A DNA stretch of 64,000 nucleotides, taken from the NCBI GenBank assembly GCA_038230375.1, contig JBBRNJ010000015.1, positions 59,665 to 123,664 of the forward strand, given 5' to 3'. This document shows, one piece after another, positions 54,177 through 63,200 of this stretch (positions are counted from its first letter, which is position 1; each line of letters begins with the position of its first letter). This stretch comes from Polyangiales bacterium. GTDB lineage: Bacteria > Myxococcota_A > Polyangia > Polyangiales > Polyangiaceae. The notes beneath the pieces are model-generated. The model made no database searches and had not been told where the DNA came from. It saw only the letters and a program-made list of their open reading frames with translations. Position numbers and translations under genes: made by a program.

Positions 54177-55403
54177 TCAGTGAGCGACCCAGGCCACGCT
54201 CTTCAGGTCGATGCCTTCTTTGTGCATCTCGTACAGCGGTGAAACGTCGCGCAGCTTGTTCACCTTGGCGATGACGAGCTCCGCGACGTAGTCCACTTCT
54301 TCCTCGGTCGTGAACCGGCCGAGGCCGAAGCGAATGCTGGAGTGCGCGAGCTCGTCGCCGACGCCCAGCGCGCGCAACACGTAGCTGGGCTCCAGGCTGG
54401 CGGAGGTGCACGCGGAGCCGGAGCTCACGGCGACGTCCTTGATGGCCATCATGAGCGCCTCGCCCTCGACGAAGGAGAACGAGATGTTCAGGTTGCCGGG
54501 CAGACGGTGCGCCATGGAGCCGTTGATGTACGTCTCCTCGAGCACGGTCATGATCTTGGTGCGGAGGCGCTCGCGCAGGCCGAGGATGCGGGCGTTGTCC
54601 TTCTCGAAGTCGGCCGTCATGAGCTCCGCGGCCTTGCCGAAGCCCACGATACCGGGAACGTTCAGCGTGCCAGAGCGCATGCCGCGCTCGTGACCGCCGC
54701 CGTCCATCTGCGCGACCAGGCGAACGCGCGGCTTGTTGCGACGCACGTACAGCGCGCCGACGCCCTTCGGTCCGTACATCTTGTGCGCGGTGAAGCTGCA
54801 GAGGTCCACGTTCATGGCCTGCACGTCGAACGGGGTCTTGCCCACGCCCTGCGTGGCGTCGGAGTGGAGCAGCACGCCCTTCTCACGCGTGATCTTGCCG
54901 ATCGCGGTGAGGTCCTGGACGGTGCCGACCTCGTTGTTGGCGAGCATGATGGAGACAAGGATGGTCTTGTCCGTGATCGCGGCGCGAACGGACTCCGGCG
55001 TGACGTAGCCCTCGCGGTCGACCTTGAGGTACGTGACCTCGAAGCCTTCCTTCTCGAGGCGCTTGCACGTGTCCAGGATGGCCTTGTGCTCCGTGACGGC
55101 CGTGATGATGTGGTTGCCCTTGTCCTTGTAGAACTCGGCAATGCCCTTCAGCGCCAGGTTGTTCGACTCCGTCGCGCCCGACGTGAAGACGATCTCTTTT
55201 TCGCTCTGCGCGTTGATGAACTTCGCAAGGCGCTCGCGCGCGTGCTCGCACGCCTCTTCGGCGGTCCAGCCGAACGCGTGATTGCGGCTCGCCGCGTTGC
55301 CGAACTTGGTGGTGAAGTACGGGAGCATCTCCTCGAGCACGCGCGGGTCGACCGGCGTTGTGGAGTGGTAGTCCATGAAGATGGGGAACTGGAGAGAGGA
55401 CAT
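54177..55403 (-). CDS. iscS: Cysteine desulfurase IscS
   Basis: [16 protein letters not shown] and [13 protein letters not shown]. Confidence 0.97.
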   Translation of the reverse strand: MSSLQFPIFMDYHSTTPVDPRVLEEMLPYFTTKFGNAASRNHAFGWTAEEACEHARERLAKFINAQSEKEIVFTSGATESNNLALKGIAEFYKDKGNHIITAVTEHKAILDTCKRLEKEGFEVTYLKVDREGYVTPESVRAAITDKTILVSIMLANNEVGTVQDLTAIGKITREKGVLLHSDATQGVGKTPFDVQAMNVDLCSFTAHKMYGPKGVGALYVRRNKPRVRLVAQMDGGGHERGMRSGTLNVPGIVGFGKAAELMTADFEKDNARILGLRERLRTKIMTVLEETYINGSMAHRLPGNLNISFSFVEGEALMMAIKDVAVSSGSACTSASLEPSYVLRALGVGDELAHSSIRFGLGRFTTEEEVDYVAELVIAKVNKLRDVSPLYEMHKEGIDLKSVAWVAH

Positions 55404-55424
55404 GTTGGTGTGACCTGAGGGCCC

Positions 55425-56045
55425 TTAGGTGTTGGGCGTGTTCTGGGACTGATGCTTGTGGCGGAAACCGGCCACGAGCTCGGGGACTTCTTCGTGGCAG
55501 TCGTGGTGCTCGCAGGCCTGACACGACGAGAGCAGACGTGACGGCTCGCACACGTCGCACGTATCGAGGTAGTCCAGGCTGCGGACGATCTCGCCTTCGA
55601 GCGCGGCAAGGCGACGCAGGTTCTCGCGCGTCTCGTCGAGCTTCGCCTTGTAGACGTCGCGCATCTTCACCATGGCGCGGGGAGCGGAGCCGGACTCCTC
55701 CCAGTCGCGCACGATGGTCTGGATGTCCGACAGGCTGAAGCCCATGTCCTGGAGCTTGCCGATCCAGCGGACCCGGACCAGCGCCTCCGGCTCGTACAGG
55801 CGATACCGGCCCTTGGAGCGCGCGGCAGGCCGAAGGAGCCGCAGCTCCTCATAGAGGTGGATGGCGCGGACCGTCTTGCCGGTCTCGCGGGCCAGGTCTC
55901 CCACCTGGAGTAGCTCCTTCTCGTCCAGCTCGGAACGTCCGATGGGCAGAACTCCGGGCACAACTGCGCGCACGACTCCAGTGGGGGGGCTGGAAACGGC
56001 CTCATCCAGTTGATTCAGCAGGGGTAGTCGAACGTTGGCGGACAT
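55425..56045 (-). CDS. MerR-family regulator with Cys/His-rich C-terminus, first gene of the isc operon
   Basis: VGDLARETGKTVRAIHLYEE..GRYRLY HTH and tail CDVC-x8-CQACEHHDCH. Start ATG 56045. Confidence 0.9.
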   Translation of the reverse strand: MSANVRLPLLNQLDEAVSSPPTGVVRAVVPGVLPIGRSELDEKELLQVGDLARETGKTVRAIHLYEELRLLRPAARSKGRYRLYEPEALVRVRWIGKLQDMGFSLSDIQTIVRDWEESGSAPRAMVKMRDVYKAKLDETRENLRRLAALEGEIVRSLDYLDTCDVCEPSRLLSSCQACEHHDCHEEVPELVAGFRHKHQSQNTPNT

Positions 56046-56064
56046 GAGTTTTGGAGAGGAGCCC

Positions 56065-56088
56065 AACCCATACGTATGCGTGAGGGTT
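56065..56088. promoter_or_regulatory. Putative MerR-type operator O1
   Basis: AACCCATAC-GTATGC-GTGAGGGTT, an imperfect palindrome resembling O2. Confidence 0.65.
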
Positions 56089-56102
56089 GAGGACTACTTC
56101 TG

Positions 56103-56131
56103 TATCTAGGCGTAGACCCATCCAGGGTCAA
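56103..56131 (-). promoter_or_regulatory. Putative isc promoter TTGACC-N17-TAGATA with an overlapping dyad
   Basis: -35 at 56131-56126, weak -10 at 56108-56103, dyad TAGACCC-N5-GGGTCAA at 56113-56131. Confidence 0.5.
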
Positions 56132-56135
56132 GCCA

Positions 56136-56159
56136 AACTCTCACGTGCGGGTGAGAGTT
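56136..56159. promoter_or_regulatory. Putative MerR-type operator O2
   Basis: Perfect inverted repeat AACTCTCAC-GTGCGG-GTGAGAGTT. Confidence 0.72.
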
Positions 56160-56254
56160 GCCCGGTACCCACCTCCACGCAGGTTTCGGGGTGCGCACGG
56201 GCACACCCCCAACCATCGAACAAGGCGCGTGAAAAGGGTACGCTTGAGCGGCCC

Positions 56255-59200
56255 GTGCAATCCGACGACGAGTCCACCGACATCAACATTCCGATCGCGC
56301 GTCCGCGGGAGAGCGATCGGGCGCCGGATTCGCTCACGCGGCCGAACCTCGGGGCGCCGAAGCGACCACCGCCGCTCGAAGAGGCACTGAGCTTCGACGA
56401 CGCGCTCAGCTTCGACGACCAGACCGAGGTGAACAACGTCGATAGGCCGCGCCCGCCGCCCATCAACAAGGACGCCGAGAGCTCGCTGGAGATGCTGGAG
56501 TTCAGCGTTCCCCTCGGTCCCAACGACACGATCATTCCGACGCGCCCACGCGGCAGCGTCTCCGCATACGACGCGCTCGTGCAGCGAACCCGCGAAGAGC
56601 TCTCGCGCCCTGAAGAGCCCGAACCGGAGGAGGCGCCCACGCAGCAGCGCAACCCGGAGGACGACGCGACCCAGGCGCGCACGAGCAGCGGTGACGAGAC
56701 GATCGCGCGCACGAGCAGCGGTGACGCGACGATCGCGCGCACGAACAGCGGCGCTTCGACCATCGCCAGAACGAACAGCGGCGCTTCGACCATCGCCAGA
56801 ACGAACAGCGGCGCTTCGACCATCGCCAGAACGAACGTCAAGCACACCGTCCGCCTCGCGGTCGTGGCGCCGCTCGACATGGAGGCGACGCAATCGCTCT
56901 CCGGTGACGATCTCGAGGTGCTCACCGACAGCGCGCCTACCAGCGAGCAGCCGCTGCCGTTGTCGAGCGACTCGTTCACGGGCGTGCTGCCGAACAGGCC
57001 CGATTTCGCGCCCGGCTCGAACTCCGGCGAGGTCATCCTGGGCGCGGCGCCAGAGGTCGCCTACGAGCTCCCGACGGAGGCGCATGTTCGCGCGCCGGTG
57101 CGGCCGTCGGAGCAACCGCCCACGGATCCGCCGGGTCCCGCAGTGCTGGACTTCGAGAGCGCCCCCGATCAGACGGACGGCAACGCAACGCTGGTCCCGA
57201 CGAAGGCGCAATACGATCGCTTGCTCTCCGAACTCACGAGCGACGAGCCGATTGACGATCTGGAGAACGCGCTCACGCACGAGAAGTCCGGCGCAACCGT
57301 CGTGCGCAGCACATTGAGCCAGAGCCAGGAGGCGTCCGTCATCGTGCGGGATGACTCCGACGATGACTCCGACGAGCACACCGTGGCGCGGCGCTCGAAC
57401 CTCGACCCAGAGGAGCTCGCTCTGGACGAGGAGCACACGGTCGCGCGGAAGTCAGCCCTGGACCCGAGCGAGCTCGAGGACGAGCACGCGCCCGAGAGCG
57501 GGCCCACGCAGGACGCCAGCCTCAAGACCGACGCCATCGACATGGATGCGCTCGACCTGGACAAGGGGGCGCAGAGCACCGAGATAGAGATCGTTGACGA
57601 GAGCGAGGTCGAGATCGACGACCTGGGCACCGGCGACATGATCATGTCGGAGCCGGTCCCATCGCCGCGGCCGCGTGGCAGCCAGCCGTCGCACCCCGAA
57701 CGCGCATCCCGGCCCGAGCGTGTCTCCTCGCCCGATCGCGCATCGCGGCCCGATCGCGTCTCCTCGCCCGATCGCGGATCACGTCCGGACACCAGCACTG
57801 GTGCCGGCGGCGCGCGCGGCCGCACGATCCCGCCCACTCCCATCAAGCACCCGACGTATCGTCCGCCCGCGCTGGCGGACGGCCGCGCGGAGGCGATCGT
57901 GCCCGCGTACGAGATCGATCCCGATCTCGAGGAGCGTGGCCTCATCAAGGACAGCTCGTGGGAGGCGCTCATCGAGCTCTATCTGACGCGCGTACAGAAG
58001 GCGCCCAGCTGGCCCGCGAAGGCGAAGGTCTTCACGCGCATCGCCAGCGTGTTCGAGTTCAAGCTGCGCGATCCCGAGCAGGCGCTCGACGCGCTGCTGG
58101 AGGCATTCGATCTCTCGCCCACGGACGACGACGTGGGCCGAGCGCTCGAGCGCGTCGCGGGCGGCCTTGGTCGCTATCAGGACATCATCGAACGTGCGCG
58201 CACGAAGCTCACGGGCCCGATCCCGGAGGGACGGCTGGCGCTCGTGGCGCGTCTCGCGCGCTGGTACGACATCGGCCTCGGCCGGTCGGATCTCGCCATG
58301 CCCTACCTGGAGCAGATCGAGAAGATCGACCGCAACCACCCGCTGCTCTTGCGACGCAATGCGGCCGTCGCGAAGCAGCAAGGCGATCCGCGCGGCGAGA
58401 AGGACGCGCTCGAGCGCATGCTCGACGCCGCGACCCGCGCGGAAGAGAAGGTCGAGGTCCTGCAAAAGCTCGCCGAGATCGGCGGCACCCAGCCCCCCGA
58501 GGCGCTCCGCTACTACGAACGCGCATACTCCCTTGCCCCGAAGGACCCCGCGGTGCTCGCCGCGATCGAGAAGAACGGGCACATGCAGGAGAAGTTCGGT
58601 CAGGTGGAGTGGGCGCTGCGCGCGCAGATCTCCGTCGCCGTGAGCAACGAAGTGCGCGTTGCCACGCACATGCGCGCCGCCACCTTCTACGAGCGGCGCA
58701 TGCTCAAGCGCGATCTCGCCGCGAAGGACCTGGAAATGGTCCTGGCGATGGACCCGCGAAATCAGGACGCGCTTGCGGCGCTGGAGCGCTGCTACCGCGC
58801 GCTGCAGGCGTGGCCGGACCTTGCGCGCACGCTGGAGCGCATGGCAGACATCGCGCCCGAACCGCACACGCGCATCGCGCGCCTCATGCTCGCGGCCGAG
58901 GTGCACGAGATCAAATCTCAGGACGCGAAGGGCGCGCTCCGCTGCCTGAAGCAGGTGCTCGGTCTGGATGGCGCGAACAAGAAGGCCATCGAGCTCGCCG
59001 CGCGACTGTCCCTGAAGGTGAACGACTTCCCGGACGTCTCCAAGTACCGCATGCGGCTGGCCGAGATGGAGCCCACGGCGCGCGGCAAGGCGCAGCAGTA
59101 CGTGCAGCTCGCGGATGCGCTGGCGGGCCCAGGCGGAGACGAGCTCGGCAGCGCGCGCTTCTACGAGCTTGCGGTGGACACGGATCCGAAGAACGCACCC

Positions 59201-61582
59201 GCGTGGGAGGCCCTTACGCGGCTCGCACGTGGTGGCACCGACAAGCGGAAGCTCGCGCGCGTGCTGGAGAAGCGCGCGGAGAACACGACCACGCCGCGCG
59301 TGCGTGCGCAGGTCTTCGTCGAGCTCGCGGAGACCATGCGAGAGCTCGGTGACAACGCGAGCATGACCAAGGCGTACGAGGCCGCAGTCCAGGCCGACAA
59401 GACGAACGAGGACGCAGCAGCATTCACGCTCGACAAGTTCGTGACGGAGTCGCGCTGGAAGGAAGCGGCGCCACTGGTGGAGCTCCTGGTGAACGCTGCC
59501 GTGCGCGACGGCGAGACCACACAGCTCATCGGACGGCTGCGCCTGGCCACGCGCGTGGCCGCGGCCCAGGGCGACGTACCACGCGCAGTGGCCGCGGCAG
59601 TACAAGCGTACGACGCGCGACCCGACGATCCGGGCTCGCGCGGCGACCTCCTTGATCTGTGCATCCAGCTCCGCGCCGCACCAGAGAAGCTCGTCAAGGC
59701 GCAGTCCGCGGTGGAGCGCATCGCCATGCGCGTGACCGAGCTCGACGCACTCGAGCTGTCGAAGCTGGGCACCGTGCTCTTCGTTCTCGGACAGACGGAC
59801 GAGGCCGCCGACGTGTGCGCCCGTGCTCTCGCCGCCGATCCGAAGAACCGCGGCGCCACCATGGTGCTCGCAGACGCCTACGCGAAGAAGGGCGACTGGG
59901 CCGGCGCCAGCGACTGCAAGGTATCACTCGCGCGCTCCGCCACCGATCCCGAGGAGCGGTTCAAGCGCCTGTGCGAGGCCGGCGAGATCTGGGCAACGAA
60001 GGCCAAAGATCCGCAGATGGCGCGCGAGATCTGGGAAGAGGCGCTGTCGATGCGGCCGAAGGACCGCTGGCTGCTCCACGCGCTCATGCGGCTCTATGGA
60101 GAGCTGGAGGCCTGGGAGCGCCTCATCCACACGCTCTTTGCGATCGCGGACACATCCGAATCACCACAAGCGCGAGGGAAATCCCTGTTCCTCGCCGCGC
60201 AGGTCTACGCAGAGAAGGTCGCGGACCTGGAGCAGGCCGCCGAGATCTACGACCGCGTGCTCGACACCGACCGAGCGCGGCTGGACGCGTTCGAGCAGAT
60301 CGTCCGCATCCACACCTACCGGCGCGACTGGCAGTCGCTGGAGCGCTCGTACCGCAAGATGCTCGCGCGCATGCGCGACTCTCAAGACCAGAACCTACAA
60401 TTCGAGCTGTGGAAGCAGCTCGGCATCATCTATCGCGATCGCATCGGCGAGCCGGACAAGGCGCGCGAGGCGCTGGGGCAGGCGGACAGGCTGCGCCCCA
60501 CGGACGGCGAGGTCCGGAAGATGATGACGGAGCTCGACGTCGTCACCGACAACATCGACAACGCCATCTCTCGTTGCCGCCACAAGATGCAGGACAACCC
60601 GCACGAGGCAGAGCTCTACGCCGAGGTCTACGAGCTGTTCTTGCGCAAGCACCAGTTCGACAAGGCGTGGTGCGCGCTGAACGTGCTCGCGCAGTTCCGG
60701 GAGCTGCGCGGCCAGGAGGGCCAGTTCTACGCGGACTACCCGCCGTTCCATCCCGCGAACATCCCTGGGCAGCTGACGGAGGCCGCGTGGGTCTCGCACA
60801 TCCTCCATCCCGGGCTCGATCCCGTGATGACACGCATCTTCGGGCTGATGACGCCTATCGTCGCGCGTGCGCGTGCGCAGACTCCGGGCGCGCAGGAGAT
60901 GGCGCGTCAGTCGATGCAGCTCGGGCCGCAGCACACGCCGATCGCGCAGGAGCTCTACGGCGCCTTCCGTGACGCATGCGAGATCCTGTCGCTCGGCCCA
61001 CCGGAGCTGCTTGCGGCGCAGGGCACGTCTGCTTCACCGCCGTTCGTTCCGGCGACCATCCCCTACGGCGCGCTCTACGTGAACGCCGCTGCGATCGAGA
61101 CGCAGAAGGAGAGCATGCAATACCTCGTGGGTAAGCGCCTGGCGGAGCAGCGGCCCGAGCTGGCCGCGAAGGCGTTCTTCCCGACGATCACGGAGCTGCG
61201 CAGCTTGCTCGCAGCGGCCGTGCGTCTGGCGAACGGCGGCGCCGCGAAGGACCCCGCGGCGCAAGGCTTCGACAACCAGCTCCGCTCCGTGATCACGTGG
61301 GAGGACGTCGAGCGGCTGCGAAGGCTCGTCTCCGAGGCCACGCAAGCCGGAAGCCTCTTCGACGTGAAGCGCTGGGCGCAGGTCGCGGACCTCTCCAGCT
61401 CACGCGCGGGCCTCATCCTCTGCGGCGACGTCACTCAAGCACGTCGCGCGATCGCCCGCGAGGCCCAGGCACCCACCGATCTATCGCCACGCGAAAAACT
61501 AGGTGAGCTCTACATGTTCGCCACCGGCGACCAACACGCCGACCTCCGAGGGGCGATCGGCGTTGCCGTCGGTGTGGAGTAG
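56255..61582 (+). CDS. Giant TPR-like protein with acidic disordered N-terminus (AgmK-like architecture)
   Basis: About 550 aa of low-complexity sequence, then many TPR-like repeats and a RAGLILCGD tail. The frame is open from 56087; GTG 56255 is preferred because it avoids the operators. Confidence 0.85.
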   Translation: MQSDDESTDINIPIARPRESDRAPDSLTRPNLGAPKRPPPLEEALSFDDALSFDDQTEVNNVDRPRPPPINKDAESSLEMLEFSVPLGPNDTIIPTRPRGSVSAYDALVQRTREELSRPEEPEPEEAPTQQRNPEDDATQARTSSGDETIARTSSGDATIARTNSGASTIARTNSGASTIARTNSGASTIARTNVKHTVRLAVVAPLDMEATQSLSGDDLEVLTDSAPTSEQPLPLSSDSFTGVLPNRPDFAPGSNSGEVILGAAPEVAYELPTEAHVRAPVRPSEQPPTDPPGPAVLDFESAPDQTDGNATLVPTKAQYDRLLSELTSDEPIDDLENALTHEKSGATVVRSTLSQSQEASVIVRDDSDDDSDEHTVARRSNLDPEELALDEEHTVARKSALDPSELEDEHAPESGPTQDASLKTDAIDMDALDLDKGAQSTEIEIVDESEVEIDDLGTGDMIMSEPVPSPRPRGSQPSHPERASRPERVSSPDRASRPDRVSSPDRGSRPDTSTGAGGARGRTIPPTPIKHPTYRPPALADGRAEAIVPAYEIDPDLEERGLIKDSSWEALIELYLTRVQKAPSWPAKAKVFTRIASVFEFKLRDPEQALDALLEAFDLSPTDDDVGRALERVAGGLGRYQDIIERARTKLTGPIPEGRLALVARLARWYDIGLGRSDLAMPYLEQIEKIDRNHPLLLRRNAAVAKQQGDPRGEKDALERMLDAATRAEEKVEVLQKLAEIGGTQPPEALRYYERAYSLAPKDPAVLAAIEKNGHMQEKFGQVEWALRAQISVAVSNEVRVATHMRAATFYERRMLKRDLAAKDLEMVLAMDPRNQDALAALERCYRALQAWPDLARTLERMADIAPEPHTRIARLMLAAEVHEIKSQDAKGALRCLKQVLGLDGANKKAIELAARLSLKVNDFPDVSKYRMRLAEMEPTARGKAQQYVQLADALAGPGGDELGSARFYELAVDTDPKNAPAWEALTRLARGGTDKRKLARVLEKRAENTTTPRVRAQVFVELAETMRELGDNASMTKAYEAAVQADKTNEDAAAFTLDKFVTESRWKEAAPLVELLVNAAVRDGETTQLIGRLRLATRVAAAQGDVPRAVAAAVQAYDARPDDPGSRGDLLDLCIQLRAAPEKLVKAQSAVERIAMRVTELDALELSKLGTVLFVLGQTDEAADVCARALAADPKNRGATMVLADAYAKKGDWAGASDCKVSLARSATDPEERFKRLCEAGEIWATKAKDPQMAREIWEEALSMRPKDRWLLHALMRLYGELEAWERLIHTLFAIADTSESPQARGKSLFLAAQVYAEKVADLEQAAEIYDRVLDTDRARLDAFEQIVRIHTYRRDWQSLERSYRKMLARMRDSQDQNLQFELWKQLGIIYRDRIGEPDKAREALGQADRLRPTDGEVRKMMTELDVVTDNIDNAISRCRHKMQDNPHEAELYAEVYELFLRKHQFDKAWCALNVLAQFRELRGQEGQFYADYPPFHPANIPGQLTEAAWVSHILHPGLDPVMTRIFGLMTPIVARARAQTPGAQEMARQSMQLGPQHTPIAQELYGAFRDACEILSLGPPELLAAQGTSASPPFVPATIPYGALYVNAAAIETQKESMQYLVGKRLAEQRPELAAKAFFPTITELRSLLAAAVRLANGGAAKDPAAQGFDNQLRSVITWEDVERLRRLVSEATQAGSLFDVKRWAQVADLSSSRAGLILCGDVTQARRAIAREAQAPTDLSPREKLGELYMFATGDQHADLRGAIGVAVGVE
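56663..56836 (+). repeat. 30-bp tandem repeat, about 6 copies, encoding (DATIARTSSG/ASTIARTNSG)
   Basis: Directly visible, with sequence changing gradually along the array. Confidence 0.95.
57695..57790 (+). repeat. 18/36-bp degenerate repeat encoding PDRASR-PDRVSS
   Basis: PERASRPERVSSPDRASRPDRVSSPDRGSRPD. Confidence 0.85.
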
Positions 61583-62248
61583 CTACAGCTCGCGGGGGTC
61601 TACCTGGGACGGCAGCGAGAGGTGCGCCATCTCGGCCATGAGCGCAGGTACCGGTGACGTGGAGTCCGGGTCGAAGAGAGACTCCGGCGAGATCACGATC
61701 TTCGCGGTGTCGTCTGCGCAGCTGAGCGCGTCGGCGCTTCTCTCGCGATGGGACTGCGGCGGCACGTAGAGCGTGAGCATCGCGGAGAAGCCCGCGCGGC
61801 GGGCGCCATCCTGCTCAGCGGCGGCGCGTGCGGCGTTCGCGCGGAGCTTCAGCGGACCGGCGAGCTCCGGAATGCGATCCACCATCCAGCGGAGCTCCTC
61901 GAACGGGATCGCAAAGTAGGTGCGCTCGAACAGCGCCTCGCGCGGACCACCGTGATCCGTCATCACGTCGGCGGTGATGCCCGCGCCCGACGAGACCACG
62001 TCGATGGACAGCGTGCCGAAGAACCAGTGCGGACGGCCGGCGGTGAGCGACTCGACCGCGATCCTGGCCATGGCCGCAAACGCACGCAGCAGCGGCGCCG
62101 CACCACGGCCGGGACGGGCCGAGCGCGACAGCAGATCCACCACGTAGGCCGCGCCATTGCGCGTGGCCACGAGGATCGCAAGATCCTCTTCCGAGATGCT
62201 GATGTGCTCGTCTGGCTGTTCGGTTCGTCGCTGGCTCTTCACCGTCAC
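61583..62248 (-). CDS. Hypothetical protein
   Basis: ORF fills the gap, with a GAGGA Shine-Dalgarno before GTG 62248. No family recognised. Confidence 0.55.
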   Translation of the reverse strand: MTVKSQRRTEQPDEHISISEEDLAILVATRNGAAYVVDLLSRSARPGRGAAPLLRAFAAMARIAVESLTAGRPHWFFGTLSIDVVSSGAGITADVMTDHGGPREALFERTYFAIPFEELRWMVDRIPELAGPLKLRANAARAAAEQDGARRAGFSAMLTLYVPPQSHRERSADALSCADDTAKIVISPESLFDPDSTSPVPALMAEMAHLSLPSQVDPREL

Positions 62249-62371
62249 CCCGTTCCTCTTCCCGGCCGTGGGTATACGACGTTTTTTCTCGTGTGCCAGA
62301 AAAAAGGGACTCACGCGTTCAGCAGTGGCGGAAGTTATCGCCCCGGTTTCAACGTGGGGTTCTGTGCGAGC

Positions 62372-62689
62372 TCAAACGTCCACGCCCGCAGAGGTCTTCA
62401 CGATCTGGCGCAGCTCCGCGAAGAGCTCCTGGGCGTGGTCCTTGTCCGAGAGCCATGCGTCCTGCGCTTCGTCGTACGAGAAGTGCCAGGCGCGGGCGTT
62501 TGCGGCGAGCCAGATCTGCTGCGTGGGCCGCTGCGTGTTGAGCACGCACTTCTGGCCCTTCGAGAAGACCAGGGTCACGACGTCACCCGCGCGCTCGCAG
62601 TCCACAACGTCCGTGTCGACGTCACGAAACAGATCTTCGATCTTGCGAAAGGTCGCGTCGGCGAGCTTCTGGTAGCGCGATTCATCCAA
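62372..62689 (-). CDS. cyaY: Frataxin homologue CyaY
   Basis: VLNTQRPTQQIWLAA..WHFSY and an acidic N-terminal helix. Confidence 0.92.
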   Translation of the reverse strand: MDESRYQKLADATFRKIEDLFRDVDTDVVDCERAGDVVTLVFSKGQKCVLNTQRPTQQIWLAANARAWHFSYDEAQDAWLSDKDHAQELFAELRQIVKTSAGVDV

Positions 62690-62724
62690 GAGGCACCTCT
62701 GAGCTCGTTTGCTCCACGTTGGGC

Positions 62725-63123
62725 TTAGTTGAGGGAGTAGGGCAGCGCGAGGGCAAACGCCGCTATCTCGGCGTCGAACGTGGAGCCGTCGGCGCGGAAC
62801 ATCTGGTAGGTGCCGCGCATCTCGCCGCGCGGCGTCCCCAGCACGCAGCCGCTCGTGTACTCGAAGTGCTCACCAGGACGGAGGAGCGGCTGCTGGCCCA
62901 CCACGCCCGGTCCTCGCACCTCTTCAATCTTTCCGTCAGCGTCCGTAATGATCCAGTGACGGCTGCGGAGCTGGGCGGGACCGTGGCCCTCGTTTTCGAT
63001 TCGCACCGTGTACGCAAAGACGTAGCGCTGCGATTTGGGGGAGGACTGCTCAGGAACGTACTCGGCCTTCACCGAGACGCGGATTCCATGGGTGGCGGTG
63101 TTCGACACGCCCCTAGCTGCCAT
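62725..63123 (-). CDS. apaG: ApaG
   Basis: YVFAYTVRI, RHWIITD, GPGVVGQQP and YTSGC. Confidence 0.95.
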   Translation of the reverse strand: MAARGVSNTATHGIRVSVKAEYVPEQSSPKSQRYVFAYTVRIENEGHGPAQLRSRHWIITDADGKIEEVRGPGVVGQQPLLRPGEHFEYTSGCVLGTPRGEMRGTYQMFRADGSTFDAEIAAFALALPYSLN

Positions 63124-63200
63124 TTTCCCTGCCGCGTTTCAAGCATTCCCTGCAATTCAAGCCTTCCCTGCCAGAGGAAAAAACCCGTATGTTTGATGGG

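Noticed and set aside
56087..56254. TTG 56087 as the start of the giant TPR protein
   Set aside because: It would run through the isc promoter and operators; GTG 56255 has its own TAnnnT element.
56663..56836. 30-bp repeats as a CRISPR array
   Set aside because: Head-to-tail with no spacers, in frame within a CDS, and no cas genes.
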